Positions 37,259-47,459 of a stretch of 64,000 nucleotides of DNA are shown in pieces. Location: contig CBDBHI010000080.1 of NCBI GenBank assembly GCA_965205595.1, forward strand, positions 46,990 to 110,989. The letters run 5' to 3'. A program made the position numbers and the translations under genes. The notes beneath the pieces were generated by a model, which made no database searches, was not told the origin of the DNA, and saw only the letters and a list, made by a program, of their open reading frames with translations. This DNA comes from Bryobacterales bacterium (GTDB lineage: Bacteria; Acidobacteriota; Terriglobia; Bryobacterales; UBA6623). Within the stretch, counting starts at the first letter, position 1, and every line of letters begins with the position of its first letter.

Positions 37259-38461
37259 ATGCCAGTAGAAGTGACCATTCCGCAAGCGGGCGAGTCGATT
37301 ACCGAAGTCCAAGTCGGCGAATGGCGTAAGAGCGTCGGAGACCGGGTCGAGGTCGACGAAGTGATCGTCGAGATTGAAACCGACAAGGCGGCGATCGAAC
37401 TGCCGGCCCCGGTCGCAGGGCGACTGTCAGAGATTCGATTGGAGACCGGTGCCGACGCGGCCATAGGCGATGTCGTCGCGATCATCGAAGAAGGGGCAGA
37501 TGGAAACGTCTCAGTACCCGTAGTCAAAGCGCCTGCCGATGAGCCCGCGGTGGTGGAGGAACCGCGCGTGATGCCCGCCGCGGCGCGCGTCATCGCTCAG
37601 AACGATTTGACGGCGGCGGACGTTGAGGGGACTGGCCCCGGCGGGCGCATTCTCAAAGAGAACGTTGAGCAGCTGCTCGAAAAGCGTGCAGCGACACCCG
37701 CTCCTGAACCCGCGGCACCCCCGGTTCTTTCGCCTCCGGCCGCTGTATCATCGCCCGGCGACCGCGAGGAACGAGTCGTCCCGATGACGCCGATGCGCAA
37801 AGTCATTGCCCGTAATTTGGTTCAGGCGCAGCAAAACGCGGCGCTGCTAACTACATTCAACGAAGCCGACATGTCGGCGGTGATCGAAATCCGCAAGAAA
37901 CACAAGGAACGCTTCATCGCCGCGCACGGTATCAAGCTAGGCTTTATGTCGTTTTTCGTAAAAGCCTCCGTGGAGGCTCTCAAAGCGGTGCCGGCGGTCA
38001 ATGCGATGATCCGCGACGCGAATATTGTTTATCGCGACTACTGCGATATTGGTATCGCCGTCGGCGGCGGCAAAGGACTACTGGTTCCAAACATCCGCGA
38101 TGCTCAGTCGATGAGCTTTTCGGAGATCGAGAAAACAATAGCCGACTTTGGTGCACGCGCAAAGCAGAATCGCATTGAACTCTCGGAGTTGCAAGGTGGT
38201 ACCTTCACGATCAGCAACGGCGGCATCTATGGATCGATGCTCTCGACGCCGATTATCAATTCGCCCCAGAGCGCCATCCTCGGGATGCACAACATCGAAC
38301 AACGCGCGGTCGTTCGCGACGGCGAGATCGTGGCGCGCCCGATGATGTATCTCGCCCTCACGTACGACCACCGGCTGGTGGACGGCCGTGAGGCGGTGAC
38401 GTTTCTCAGACGCATCAAAGACGTGATTGAAGATCCAGCGCGCATATTGTTTGAGATCTAA
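37259..38461 (+). CDS. sucB: dihydrolipoyllysine-residue succinyltransferase (E2)
   Basis: Lipoyl domain IETDKA, Ala/Pro linker, catalytic DHRLVDG. Confidence 0.95.
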   Translation: MPVEVTIPQAGESITEVQVGEWRKSVGDRVEVDEVIVEIETDKAAIELPAPVAGRLSEIRLETGADAAIGDVVAIIEEGADGNVSVPVVKAPADEPAVVEEPRVMPAAARVIAQNDLTAADVEGTGPGGRILKENVEQLLEKRAATPAPEPAAPPVLSPPAAVSSPGDREERVVPMTPMRKVIARNLVQAQQNAALLTTFNEADMSAVIEIRKKHKERFIAAHGIKLGFMSFFVKASVEALKAVPAVNAMIRDANIVYRDYCDIGIAVGGGKGLLVPNIRDAQSMSFSEIEKTIADFGARAKQNRIELSELQGGTFTISNGGIYGSMLSTPIINSPQSAILGMHNIEQRAVVRDGEIVARPMMYLALTYDHRLVDGREAVTFLRRIKDVIEDPARILFEI

Positions 38462-39852
38462 TGGCGCGGATAAAACACGATCTATTGGTAATCGGTGCTG
38501 GTCCGGGCGGCTACGTCGCAGCAATTCGGGCAGCGCAGCTAGGCCTGGATACGGCCTGCGTCGAAAAGGTGAAAGAACTCGGCGGCACTTGTCTGCGGGT
38601 TGGCTGTATTCCTAGCAAGGCTCTGCTCGAATCGAGCGAGCACTACGAGCAAGCGCGGCACGAACTGGGTGAACACGGCGTCAACCTGTCCGGCGTCGAG
38701 TTGAACCTGAAAAAAATGCTCCAGCGCAAGGACCGAGTGGTCAAGACACTGACCGGTGGAGTCGGCTCATTATTCCGCAAGAACAAAGTTACGCGATACG
38801 AGGGTCATGCGCGCTTCGAAGCGCCGGGACGCGTGGCGGTCGAAAACTCCGACGGCTCGACGACGATTGAAGCAAAGCATGTGATCATCGCCACGGGAAG
38901 CGTCACCGCGTCGCTCCCGGGCGTCGAACACGACGGCGACCGTATCGGCTCGTCAACCGAGGCGTTGAGCTATCCCGAGGTTCCCGAGCACTTGATCGTG
39001 ATCGGCGCGGGATACATCGGCCTTGAGATGGGCTCAGTCTGGCGACGGCTTGGGGCTCGTGTCACCGTGCTTGAGTATCTCGACCGCATCTTGCCCGGCA
39101 TGGACAACGAGATCGCCGCCGAGGCCGAAAAGCTCTTTGCGAGACAGGGGTTCGAGTTTCGGCTTGGTTCACGCGTAACCGCGGCGAGGGTCGAAGGCAG
39201 CCAGTGCGTCGTGGAGATCGATGGCGCTGATCCTATTTCAGGCGCCCGGGTTTTGGTCGCGGTTGGTCGAAAGCCCAACACCGACGGCCTCGGGCTAGAC
39301 GCATTAGGAATCGAACTCGATCGGCGCGGCCGCGTCCCCGTGGACGAACACTACGCTACTTCAGTAGCGGGCACCTACGCTATCGGAGACGTTATCGCCG
39401 GTCCAATGCTCGCGCACAAAGCAGAAGAAGAAGGCATCGCGTGCGTCGAACACATCGCAACCGGTTACGGGCACGTCAACTACGACGCGATCCCGGGGGT
39501 TTGCTATACGCATCCTGAAGTCGCATCCGTCGGAAAGACAGAAGAGCAACTTAACGAGGCCGGGGTCGCATTCCGCAAGGGCAAGTTCCCGTTTCGTGCC
39601 AATGGGCGAGCCCGCGCGCTGGGTCAAGTTGATGGGTTCGTCAAATTACTGGCCGACGCGAAAACCGACCGTCTTCTCGGCGTCCACATTATTGGACCGC
39701 GGGCGGGTGATCTTATCGCTGAAGCCGCCGCGGCAATTGAATTCGGTGCGAGCGCCGAGGACGTGGCGCGTACGAGCCACGCCCACCCGACATTGGCGGA
39801 AGCGATGAAAGAGGCCGCCTTTGACGTCGACGGCCGCGTGATTCACTTCTAA
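38461..39852 (+). CDS. lpdA: dihydrolipoyl dehydrogenase (E3)
   Basis: GAGPGGY FAD motif, redox disulfide GGTCLRVGCIPSK, C-terminal HAHPTL. TAATG overlap with sucB. Confidence 0.95.
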   Translation: MARIKHDLLVIGAGPGGYVAAIRAAQLGLDTACVEKVKELGGTCLRVGCIPSKALLESSEHYEQARHELGEHGVNLSGVELNLKKMLQRKDRVVKTLTGGVGSLFRKNKVTRYEGHARFEAPGRVAVENSDGSTTIEAKHVIIATGSVTASLPGVEHDGDRIGSSTEALSYPEVPEHLIVIGAGYIGLEMGSVWRRLGARVTVLEYLDRILPGMDNEIAAEAEKLFARQGFEFRLGSRVTAARVEGSQCVVEIDGADPISGARVLVAVGRKPNTDGLGLDALGIELDRRGRVPVDEHYATSVAGTYAIGDVIAGPMLAHKAEEEGIACVEHIATGYGHVNYDAIPGVCYTHPEVASVGKTEEQLNEAGVAFRKGKFPFRANGRARALGQVDGFVKLLADAKTDRLLGVHIIGPRAGDLIAEAAAAIEFGASAEDVARTSHAHPTLAEAMKEAAFDVDGRVIHF

Positions 39853-39942
39853 TTCTTACGCGACACCTCAACGCTGCCGCGTGGACAACCTATGTACGAG
39901 CGGTGAACGGACCGTCCACGGCTCTGTGGCGCGCTAGCGCGG

Positions 39943-40305
39943 TTACATCGAGATTGATGAAACGGCGATGGTGTCGCCAGATAGCGCACCAGACACCGTC
40001 ACCTTGTGACCGGCGTGCGAGGTAGCCGCTTCCTGATCATCCAACTTATAGATGTTGCCACCTTCTTCGGTCACCAGCACGACGGCTTCCCCGCCCTTGA
40101 TGCAGCCTTGGGCGCAGCCAGCGTGTTCATCTGTCGCCGCCTTGCCTTCATTGGCGCATTTTTCATCCGACAACCAACCGACGTAGGTTGCATCGCTGTT
40201 CCCTTCTGGGGCTGATGCAACGGGCTCTTCGGTCGTCGCCTCGGGTGCGACGCCACAACCAAGGGCGAAACAAATCAACGAGAGGACAAGCAAAATTCGA
40301 AACAT
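39943..40305 (-). CDS. small hypothetical lipoprotein
   Basis: Lipobox LICFALGC. 120 aa with no recognised domain. Confidence 0.5.
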   Translation of the reverse strand: MFRILLVLSLICFALGCGVAPEATTEEPVASAPEGNSDATYVGWLSDEKCANEGKAATDEHAGCAQGCIKGGEAVVLVTEEGGNIYKLDDQEAATSHAGHKVTVSGALSGDTIAVSSISM

Positions 40306-40400
40306 TCAGAAACCTCCGTGTCTGATTGAAAGTATGACCCGGAAAGAAAAAGACTGCAACCACCTCAGCGCCTTGACGAATCGAATGTTTCGGGGTAGAA

Positions 40401-40435
40401 TTCAAACATACGTTTGAATCAAACATACGTTTGAA
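40401..40435. promoter_or_regulatory. tandem palindromic operator, presumably for the adjacent TetR regulator
   Basis: TTCAAAC-ATAC-GTTTGAA (40401-40418) is followed directly by TCAAAC-ATAC-GTTTGAA (40419-40435), ending 18 nt before the TetR ATG at 40453. Confidence 0.5.
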
Positions 40436-40452
40436 CGACATTTAGACTTCCC

Positions 40453-41103
40453 ATGGCAGCCGACACCAAAGAGCAAATCATCGATACCGCCGAGGAACTC
40501 TTCGCCGAACAGGGTATCGACGGCGTCTCCCTGCGAGCGATTACTCAAGCCGCCGACGTCAACCTGGCGTCGGTTAACTATCACTTCGGGTCAAAAGAAG
40601 GTCTCGTTAGGGCCGTATTCGCGCGCCGAATCGGCGCGGTCAATCGGGAGCGGATCGCACTGCTCGATCAGGCTGAAAGCGAAGCCGGAAACGGTTCGCC
40701 GGCGGTCGAGCAGATACTCTACGCGATGTTTGCCCCGGCGATTCGACTTTCACAAGACCCAGCCAAGGGTCGCCGATTCATGCGAATGTGTGGTCGCTTT
40801 TACGCCGAACCCGCGGGCTATCTAGAAGCACTCTTCGAAGAACAGTTCGCGGAACTAATCAAACGGATGGACCACGCATTTCATCGGGCGATGCCTGGGC
40901 TTCCTGAGAAGGATCTCCAATGGCGCGTCAATTTCTCGGTCGGAGTGATGGTCCACACGATGATGGACAGCGATCGCATCCGCCGCTGGACCCACGGAAT
41001 CTGTGACCCGACCGATGTCGAGGGAACTATCGACGCCATGGTTCGTTATTCTTCAGCGGGGATGAACGCCGCGCCCTCGATCGTTTCTGGGGAGGGTGAT
41101 TGA
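40453..41103 (+). CDS. TetR/AcrR family transcriptional regulator
   Basis: N-terminal HTH (FAEQGIDGVSLRAITQAADVNLASVNYHF). First gene of the efflux operon. Confidence 0.9.
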   Translation: MAADTKEQIIDTAEELFAEQGIDGVSLRAITQAADVNLASVNYHFGSKEGLVRAVFARRIGAVNRERIALLDQAESEAGNGSPAVEQILYAMFAPAIRLSQDPAKGRRFMRMCGRFYAEPAGYLEALFEEQFAELIKRMDHAFHRAMPGLPEKDLQWRVNFSVGVMVHTMMDSDRIRRWTHGICDPTDVEGTIDAMVRYSSAGMNAAPSIVSGEGD

Positions 41104-42542
41104 TGAGATTTTACGGAATTCTCGTGGCCGCCGTCGCTCTCGCCGGTTGCTCGAAGCCCATTGACCGCCCTGCGCGTGCGTTCACGGTCGAGGCTCCGCT
41201 GGCTTGGAAGGGCGGCGAAGTCAGCGACTCAGCTAACGATGCCGACTGGTGGGCATACTTCGGCGACCGCGGCCTTGACCTGGTGATCAGCGAAGCTCTG
41301 ACGAAGAATTACGATCTTCGGGCGGCAGCCGCCAGAATTGAAGCGGCACGGCAGGATGTGCGTATCTCTAGCGCGGCGGAACTTCCTGAATTGAGTCTGG
41401 GAGTAAACCGTTCGAGGCAGCGGCAGAACTTCGTCGGACTGCCCTTTCCGGGACTTGCCGGGCGGGTCTTGAGTAGTACGAATACCAACACCGGGCTCTC
41501 GATGAATCTTGCCTGGGAAGTGGACGTATGGGGACGAATCAACGCGGGCAAGACCGCCGCGATTGCAAACTTTGAAGCTCGCGAGGCAGATCTCAACGGC
41601 GCTCGACTCTCGCTCACCGGGCAAGTTTCAAAGGCCTGGTTCGCCGCGATCGAGGCCGAACGCCAGGTCGGCATCGCTAAGGCGTCACTCGCCAGTTACG
41701 AAACATCGGCTGAGCGCGTTCGTGCGCGCTATAGCGCGGGAATTCGCCCCTCGCTCGATCTTCGCTTAGCGTTAAGCGAGATCGACCGGGCTCAGGCCTT
41801 GGTTAAACAACGCGAGCAACAGCGCGACGCCTTTGTGCGTCAGCTGGAGGCGCTGGCGGGCCAGTGTCCGGCCGGTGAATACGCCTTGGCCGAGGATCTC
41901 CCCGAGGTTCCCGAACATGTCCCGGCGGGATTGCCGTCCGAGCTGGTCCATCGCCGCCCAGACCTGATTTCCGCGGAGCGCTCGCTGCTGGCTTCGGACG
42001 CGCGGATCGCGGAATCGAAAGCCGCCCTTCGGCCCAGCTTTTCGCTGACGTCAGGAGCAGGTAGCGCTAGCAACAAACTCGCTGACCTGCTCAACCCGAA
42101 CGTTCAGGTTTGGAACTACATCACGAGCATCGTGATGCCGATCTTCAACAACGGCCGCCTAAAGGCAGGAGTACGCGCAAATGAAGCGCGCGCAATGGAA
42201 GCGGCGGCCAACTACGAAAGCCGCATCCTTGGGGCCTACCGAGACGTCGAGATCGCTCTTGCGGCTGAGTCTATTTTGGCCGAGCGCGAGCGGGCTCTCA
42301 AGTCGGCAACCCGCAATGCACTGGCCGCGCGTGACCTCGCGGAACAACGCTATCGCGCGGGCCTGTCCGACATCATTACCGTCCTCTCATCACAGCGAAC
42401 AGCTCTCGATTCCGAGAGCGCCCTGATAACCGTCAGGCGGGCGCGTCTCGACAACCGAGTGGATCTACACCTGGCGCTGGGTGGCGGCTTTGCCTCGGCA
42501 ACTCCTGTTACGGCACCCGCCAATGGTGTTTCTACCGAATAG
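41100..42542 (+). CDS. efflux outer-membrane factor lipoprotein (NodT family)
   Basis: Lipobox LAGCS. Two OEP repeats. 4-nt overlap with the TetR gene. Confidence 0.9.
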   Translation: MMRFYGILVAAVALAGCSKPIDRPARAFTVEAPLAWKGGEVSDSANDADWWAYFGDRGLDLVISEALTKNYDLRAAAARIEAARQDVRISSAAELPELSLGVNRSRQRQNFVGLPFPGLAGRVLSSTNTNTGLSMNLAWEVDVWGRINAGKTAAIANFEAREADLNGARLSLTGQVSKAWFAAIEAERQVGIAKASLASYETSAERVRARYSAGIRPSLDLRLALSEIDRAQALVKQREQQRDAFVRQLEALAGQCPAGEYALAEDLPEVPEHVPAGLPSELVHRRPDLISAERSLLASDARIAESKAALRPSFSLTSGAGSASNKLADLLNPNVQVWNYITSIVMPIFNNGRLKAGVRANEARAMEAAANYESRILGAYRDVEIALAAESILAERERALKSATRNALAARDLAEQRYRAGLSDIITVLSSQRTALDSESALITVRRARLDNRVDLHLALGGGFASATPVTAPANGVSTE

Positions 42543-42551
42543 AGAATTATT

Positions 42552-43751
42552 ATGCAAATCTATCGTCGAATTCTCATGGTTCTTCTCCCGTTGGTCGTGC
42601 TGGGTGCCGGCGCCTTCGCAACCATGAAGATGATCGAGTCCCGTCAGGAGCCTGAAACGAAGACGCTCGATATTCCTCCGTTGCTTGTTCAGGTGATTGA
42701 CGTTGAACCCGAATCGGTCGCACTAAAGGTGCGCGCGGAAGGGACCGTCGCTCCGCGCGTCGAATCACAGCTTGTCCCCGAGGTGGCAGGTCGAGTTGTC
42801 GAAGTTTCCCCATCGCTTGCGGTCGGGGGCTTCTTCGAGGAAGACGAAATTTTGCTAAAAATCGAGACCCGGCAGTACGACCTCGCGATCATCCGGGCAA
42901 GATCGGCAATCGCTCAGGCGAATCTGCGCCTGGCGACCGAGCGCCAGGAGGCTGCAGTCGCCCGCAAGGAATGGGATGCACTCGGTCAAGGCGAGCCTTC
43001 GTCGCTTGTCGTGCGTGAGCCCCAGATCGCGGAAGCTTTGGCGGCCCTGGCGTCAGCCGAAGCAGCGCTCGACCAGGCGAAGTTCGACCTCGAACGGACC
43101 GTCGTTCGCGCGCCGTACGCCGGCCGGATACGCTCAAAACAGGTCGACGTCGGCCAGTATGTGCAGCGCGGCGCCCCAGTTGCGACGCTCTACTCCGTCG
43201 ATGTGGCGGAGGTGAAACTGCCGATTCCAGACGCAGAGCTCGAATTCCTCAACCTGCCACTCGCGTACCGTGATGCGGCAGAAAGCGCAAATGGCCCCGG
43301 CGTCACACTCACGGCGGAGTTCGCTGGGCGCGAACACAAGTGGTACGGCAAAATCGTTCGAACGGAAGGCGAGATCGACCCCGCAACTCGGATGGTGAAT
43401 GCCATCGCCCAGGTCGACGACCCCTACGCCAAAGGGCGCGACACCCGCCGGCCCCCTCTAGCGGTGGGGATGTTTGTGGAGGCTGAAATAAACGGCCGCC
43501 ACGTCGGCAACATCGTTCGCCTACCGCGAACCGCCCTTCGTGGCGAGTCACAAGTACTCGTCGTCGACACGGCCGACCGGCTCTATTACCGTGATGTCGA
43601 CATTTTCCGACTTGATCGCGACGAGGTTTTGATTCGTGGCGGTCTCAAGCCCGGCGACCGGGTCTGCATTTCGAATGTCGAGACTGCCGTTAGCGGAATG
43701 AAGGTTCGTGTCGGCGAGAGCGCGGGCGACGATGAGGACGGGCAATCATGA
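42552..43751 (+). CDS. RND efflux periplasmic adaptor (MFP/HlyD family)
   Basis: N-terminal TM, coiled-coil hairpin, RAPYAGRI lipoyl-like motif, beta-barrel domain. Confidence 0.9.
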   Translation: MQIYRRILMVLLPLVVLGAGAFATMKMIESRQEPETKTLDIPPLLVQVIDVEPESVALKVRAEGTVAPRVESQLVPEVAGRVVEVSPSLAVGGFFEEDEILLKIETRQYDLAIIRARSAIAQANLRLATERQEAAVARKEWDALGQGEPSSLVVREPQIAEALAALASAEAALDQAKFDLERTVVRAPYAGRIRSKQVDVGQYVQRGAPVATLYSVDVAEVKLPIPDAELEFLNLPLAYRDAAESANGPGVTLTAEFAGREHKWYGKIVRTEGEIDPATRMVNAIAQVDDPYAKGRDTRRPPLAVGMFVEAEINGRHVGNIVRLPRTALRGESQVLVVDTADRLYYRDVDIFRLDRDEVLIRGGLKPGDRVCISNVETAVSGMKVRVGESAGDDEDGQS

Positions 43752-46700
43752 AATCGATCATCGCGTGGTTCGCGAACAACACCGTCGTTGCGAACCTATT
43801 GATGTTCGTAATCGTCGCTGCCGGCCTGATCACGGTTGGTGACCTCAAGAAAGAAGTTTTTCCGGAAATATCGCTCGACATCGTTAGCATCCAAGTGACC
43901 TACCGCGGCGCAGCGCCCGAAGAAGTCGAAGAAGCCATATGTGTACGCATCGAAGAGGCGATCCAGGGAATCGACGGCATCAAGAAGATGACCGCGACCG
44001 CCAACGAGGGGATGGGCAGCGTCAGTATCGAGGTGTTGCCGGAATACGATGTTCGCGAGGTTCTCGACGACATCAAGGCCCGAGTTGACGCCATCGATAC
44101 GTTCCCGGAAGAAGCCGAGCGACCAGTAACCCAAGAACTCACCTCGCGGTTCCAGGTCATCAACATTTCAATTTCGGGTGACGCCGACCAGCTCACCTTG
44201 AAGCGGCTTGGCGAGCGTGTGCGCGACGACCTGACGGCCATGCCCGCTATTTCTCAAGCTGAACTGCTGAACGCGCCACCGTACGAAATCTCGATCGAGG
44301 TCGCCGAAGAAGCGCTGCGGCGATGGGGCCTGACATTTGATGCTGTTGCCAACGCCGTCCGACGCTCATCCGTCGACCTGCCGGGCGGTTCGGTTAAAAC
44401 CGCGACCGGGGAGATCTTGCTGCGCACTAAGGGCCAAGCCTACACCGGGCTCGAATACGAAACGCTACCGCTAATTACGCGCGCGGACGGGACGAAGATC
44501 CTGCTGCGCGATGTCGCCAGGGTCGTTGATGGGTTTGAAGAAACCGATCAGTCGGCGAAGATGGACGGCGAGCCGACCGTGATGGTGCAGGTATTCCGAG
44601 TCGGTGATCAGAGCGCTATCGAAGTCGCCGACGCCGTGTACGAGTACGTCGACCAAGCTGAGGGATGGATGCCTAGCGGCATTTCGCTAACAACGTGGCA
44701 AGACAACGCCATCATGCTGCGCAGCCGCATGGATTTATTGATTCGGAACGCCGTCACCGGATTGCTGCTTGTCTTCGTCATGTTGGCGCTATTCCTGAGG
44801 CTTCGGTTGGCGCTGTGGGTGACGATTGGAATTCCGATTTCATTCCTCGGCGCGTTTGCGATGATGCCCGTACTCGACGTCTCGATTAATATGATGTCGC
44901 TGTTCTCGTTCATCCTCGTGCTCGGCATTGTTGTCGACGACGCGATCGTTGTTGGCGAGAACATTTTTACAACTCAAGAGCGCGACAAAGAGGGCCTCAA
45001 CGCAGCCATCAAGGGCACACAAGAAGTCGCGGTTCCGGTCATTTTTGGCGTTCTCACCACGATGGCGGCTTTTTCACCAATGCTGTTCGTGACCGGAATG
45101 ATGGGCAAGATCATGCGGGTGTTCCCGCTAATCATCATTCCGACCCTCTTGTTTTCGCTGATTGAATCGAAGTTAGTACTTCCCGCCCACCTTTCCCACT
45201 ACAAAGAAAAGAAGCGGAAAGACAGGCCGAACATATTTAGCCGTTTGTGGAATGGATTTTTCGACTTCTTCTCTAACGGCCTCGGTTGGTTCATCCAGCG
45301 GATTTACCGTCCGACCCTTGAGTCCGCGCTGCAATGGCGCTATCTCACCGTATCGCTGGCGCTAGTTTCAGTGCTACTGACGGTCGGTTTAGTTGGCGGG
45401 GGCATCGTCAAGTTCGTACTATTCCCGGAAGTTGAGTCTGACAATACGGTCGCATTCTTGACCATGCCTCAGGAAGCACCGGCGGCGGTCACCGCTAAGG
45501 GAGTGGCGCAAATCGAGCGTGCCGCGATGGAACTTCGAGAAGAACTCGAGGCCGAACGTGGTAGAGACGAATTTACTCACATATTGGCCTCGGTTGGCGA
45601 GCATCCCTTTCGGGTTGTACAGAGTGGACCCGGTCGGGGTGCCAATAGCTTCACAGGCTCGCACTTAGGCGAAGTCAATATCGCGCTAGCGCCGTCTGAG
45701 ACCCGAACGATCACGGCCAACGAGATCGCCGAACGTTGGCGTGAAAAAGTTGATCAAATCCCCGGGGCGGTAGAGCTAAGTATTACGTCCGACCTGATTA
45801 GCGGAGGCAAGGCAATCGACATTCAGTTGACCGGCCTCGACTTGGTCCGCGTTCAGGAGGCCGCCGTCGTCATCAAAGCGAAGCTCGCCGAATATCCCGG
45901 CGTCGTTGATATTACGGATTCATTCCGGGGCGGCAAGCCAGAGATCAAGCTGGCCATAACCTCGGAGGGTGAGGCTCTGGGATTAACGCTGCAGGATCTG
46001 GGGCGCCAAGTTCGCCAAGGGTTTTTCGGCGAGGAGGCGCAAAGGATTCAGCGAGGTCGCGATGATATTCGTGTGATGGTGCGCTATCCCGAAGACGCGC
46101 GGCGATCGATCGGCGATCTCGAAGACATGCGTATTAGAACCCCAGCGGGCGAGGAAGTGCCGTTCTCAACGGTTGCGGTCGCGAGCATGGGGCGGGGGTT
46201 TGCAACGATTGCTCGGGTCGACCGCAATCGCTCGATCAACGTGCAAGCCGAAGTCGATGAGTCTGTCACAACCGGCGGCGAAGTTCTCGATAGCCTGGAC
46301 GCTGTATTCTTGCCAGAGTTGATGGGGCAATACCAGGGGATCAGCTACAGCTTCGAGGGCGCCGACGCCGATATGGCCGAATCGATGTCCGGGCTTGTCG
46401 CGGGCTTCGTCGCGGCGATGTTTGTGATGTACGCGCTACTAGCAATTCCACTGAAAAGTTACATCCAACCGCTCATTGTGCTGGGGGCTGTGCCCTTCGG
46501 GATGGTCGGCGCAATTTGGGGTCACGTGTTTCTGGGTATGCCAGTAAGCTTTTTGTCGATGTGCGGCATGGTGGCCCTAGCCGGCGTCGTCGTCAACGAC
46601 GGCTTGGTGCTGGTGAATTTCATCAATGCGTACTCCGCACGATTTGGCTCGTTGGACGAGGCTGTTCACGCTGCTGGTGTGGCGCGGTTTCGGCCAATAT

Positions 46701-46966
46701 TGTTGACGTCTCTCACAACGGCGGCGGGTGTTACACCGCTGATCCTCGAGAAGAGCCTTCAAGCGCAGTTCATGATTCCGATGGCGGTGGCACTCGCGGC
46801 GGGCGTATTGTTCGCAACGGTAGTGACTCTGGTGTTCGTGCCCGCAAGCTACCTAATTTTGGCGGACATCAGAGGCTTCTTCGGCTGGCTCTATTGGGGA
46901 AAGCAGGCCGAGATTCATGCCATGCCGGACCCGATCGCCCGCGAGCAGCGATTGGCCGGCGACTAG
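43748..46966 (+). CDS. RND efflux permease (AcrB/AcrD/AcrF family)
   Basis: 1072 aa, 12-TM architecture, IVVDDAIVVGENI motif. 4-nt overlap with the MFP gene. Confidence 0.95.
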   Translation: MKSIIAWFANNTVVANLLMFVIVAAGLITVGDLKKEVFPEISLDIVSIQVTYRGAAPEEVEEAICVRIEEAIQGIDGIKKMTATANEGMGSVSIEVLPEYDVREVLDDIKARVDAIDTFPEEAERPVTQELTSRFQVINISISGDADQLTLKRLGERVRDDLTAMPAISQAELLNAPPYEISIEVAEEALRRWGLTFDAVANAVRRSSVDLPGGSVKTATGEILLRTKGQAYTGLEYETLPLITRADGTKILLRDVARVVDGFEETDQSAKMDGEPTVMVQVFRVGDQSAIEVADAVYEYVDQAEGWMPSGISLTTWQDNAIMLRSRMDLLIRNAVTGLLLVFVMLALFLRLRLALWVTIGIPISFLGAFAMMPVLDVSINMMSLFSFILVLGIVVDDAIVVGENIFTTQERDKEGLNAAIKGTQEVAVPVIFGVLTTMAAFSPMLFVTGMMGKIMRVFPLIIIPTLLFSLIESKLVLPAHLSHYKEKKRKDRPNIFSRLWNGFFDFFSNGLGWFIQRIYRPTLESALQWRYLTVSLALVSVLLTVGLVGGGIVKFVLFPEVESDNTVAFLTMPQEAPAAVTAKGVAQIERAAMELREELEAERGRDEFTHILASVGEHPFRVVQSGPGRGANSFTGSHLGEVNIALAPSETRTITANEIAERWREKVDQIPGAVELSITSDLISGGKAIDIQLTGLDLVRVQEAAVVIKAKLAEYPGVVDITDSFRGGKPEIKLAITSEGEALGLTLQDLGRQVRQGFFGEEAQRIQRGRDDIRVMVRYPEDARRSIGDLEDMRIRTPAGEEVPFSTVAVASMGRGFATIARVDRNRSINVQAEVDESVTTGGEVLDSLDAVFLPELMGQYQGISYSFEGADADMAESMSGLVAGFVAAMFVMYALLAIPLKSYIQPLIVLGAVPFGMVGAIWGHVFLGMPVSFLSMCGMVALAGVVVNDGLVLVNFINAYSARFGSLDEAVHAAGVARFRPILLTSLTTAAGVTPLILEKSLQAQFMIPMAVALAAGVLFATVVTLVFVPASYLILADIRGFFGWLYWGKQAEIHAMPDPIAREQRLAGD

Positions 46967-47015
46967 AGCATTTTCAGGAATGGCATAGACTGCTTGCCGC
47001 GGCACCAAGCCCGCG

Positions 47016-47172
47016 AAAATCGGAGGCGCGACTGTAAAGGAGTGCGGTGGCGAAGGGTTAACTGGGAAAGTTGAGTCGGGACCTGCTGAGGAATGATCAG
47101 CAGGTCCCGACTCAGCGTATTCCAGAAAGCTCCTTCGCCACCGCACTCTTTTACAGTCGCGCCTCCGATTTT
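47016..47172. repeat. 157-nt nested imperfect palindrome (long hairpin; terminator or MITE/REP-like element)
   Basis: Outer arms 47016-47056 and 47132-47172 are complementary at 40 of 41 positions. Inner arms 47073-47089 and 47097-47113 are 17/17 around a 7-nt loop. Starts 50 nt after the RND stop codon. Confidence 0.8.
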
Positions 47173-47459
47173 GGACAGCGGAATCTAGTCTCCAGAAATT
47201 GCCGGCTTCACCGCTTTTTATTCAAGAACGGTCTATGGCATCAGCGAAATTGCTCTAGCCCGCATTTATCACCCTTGGTGGATTTCAACCATTGGCTCAA
47301 ATGCACACATCACAAACAAAGTCAAGGGTTATTTGTAAAATCTTGCAACCTTCTTTGAAAAGCCGCATCAAACCATATGTGAGCGACAAGTCAATGAAAA
47401 ACGCACTTCGGCGCTCCATTACTACTCGAAATATTCAAAAGGAAGAAGGAGACACCACC

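Noticed and set aside
47292-47459. N-terminal 56-aa extension of the BON-protein ORF
   Set aside because: The extension lies in AT-rich DNA and is not protein-like. A strong RBS and a signal peptide mark ATG 47460 as the start.
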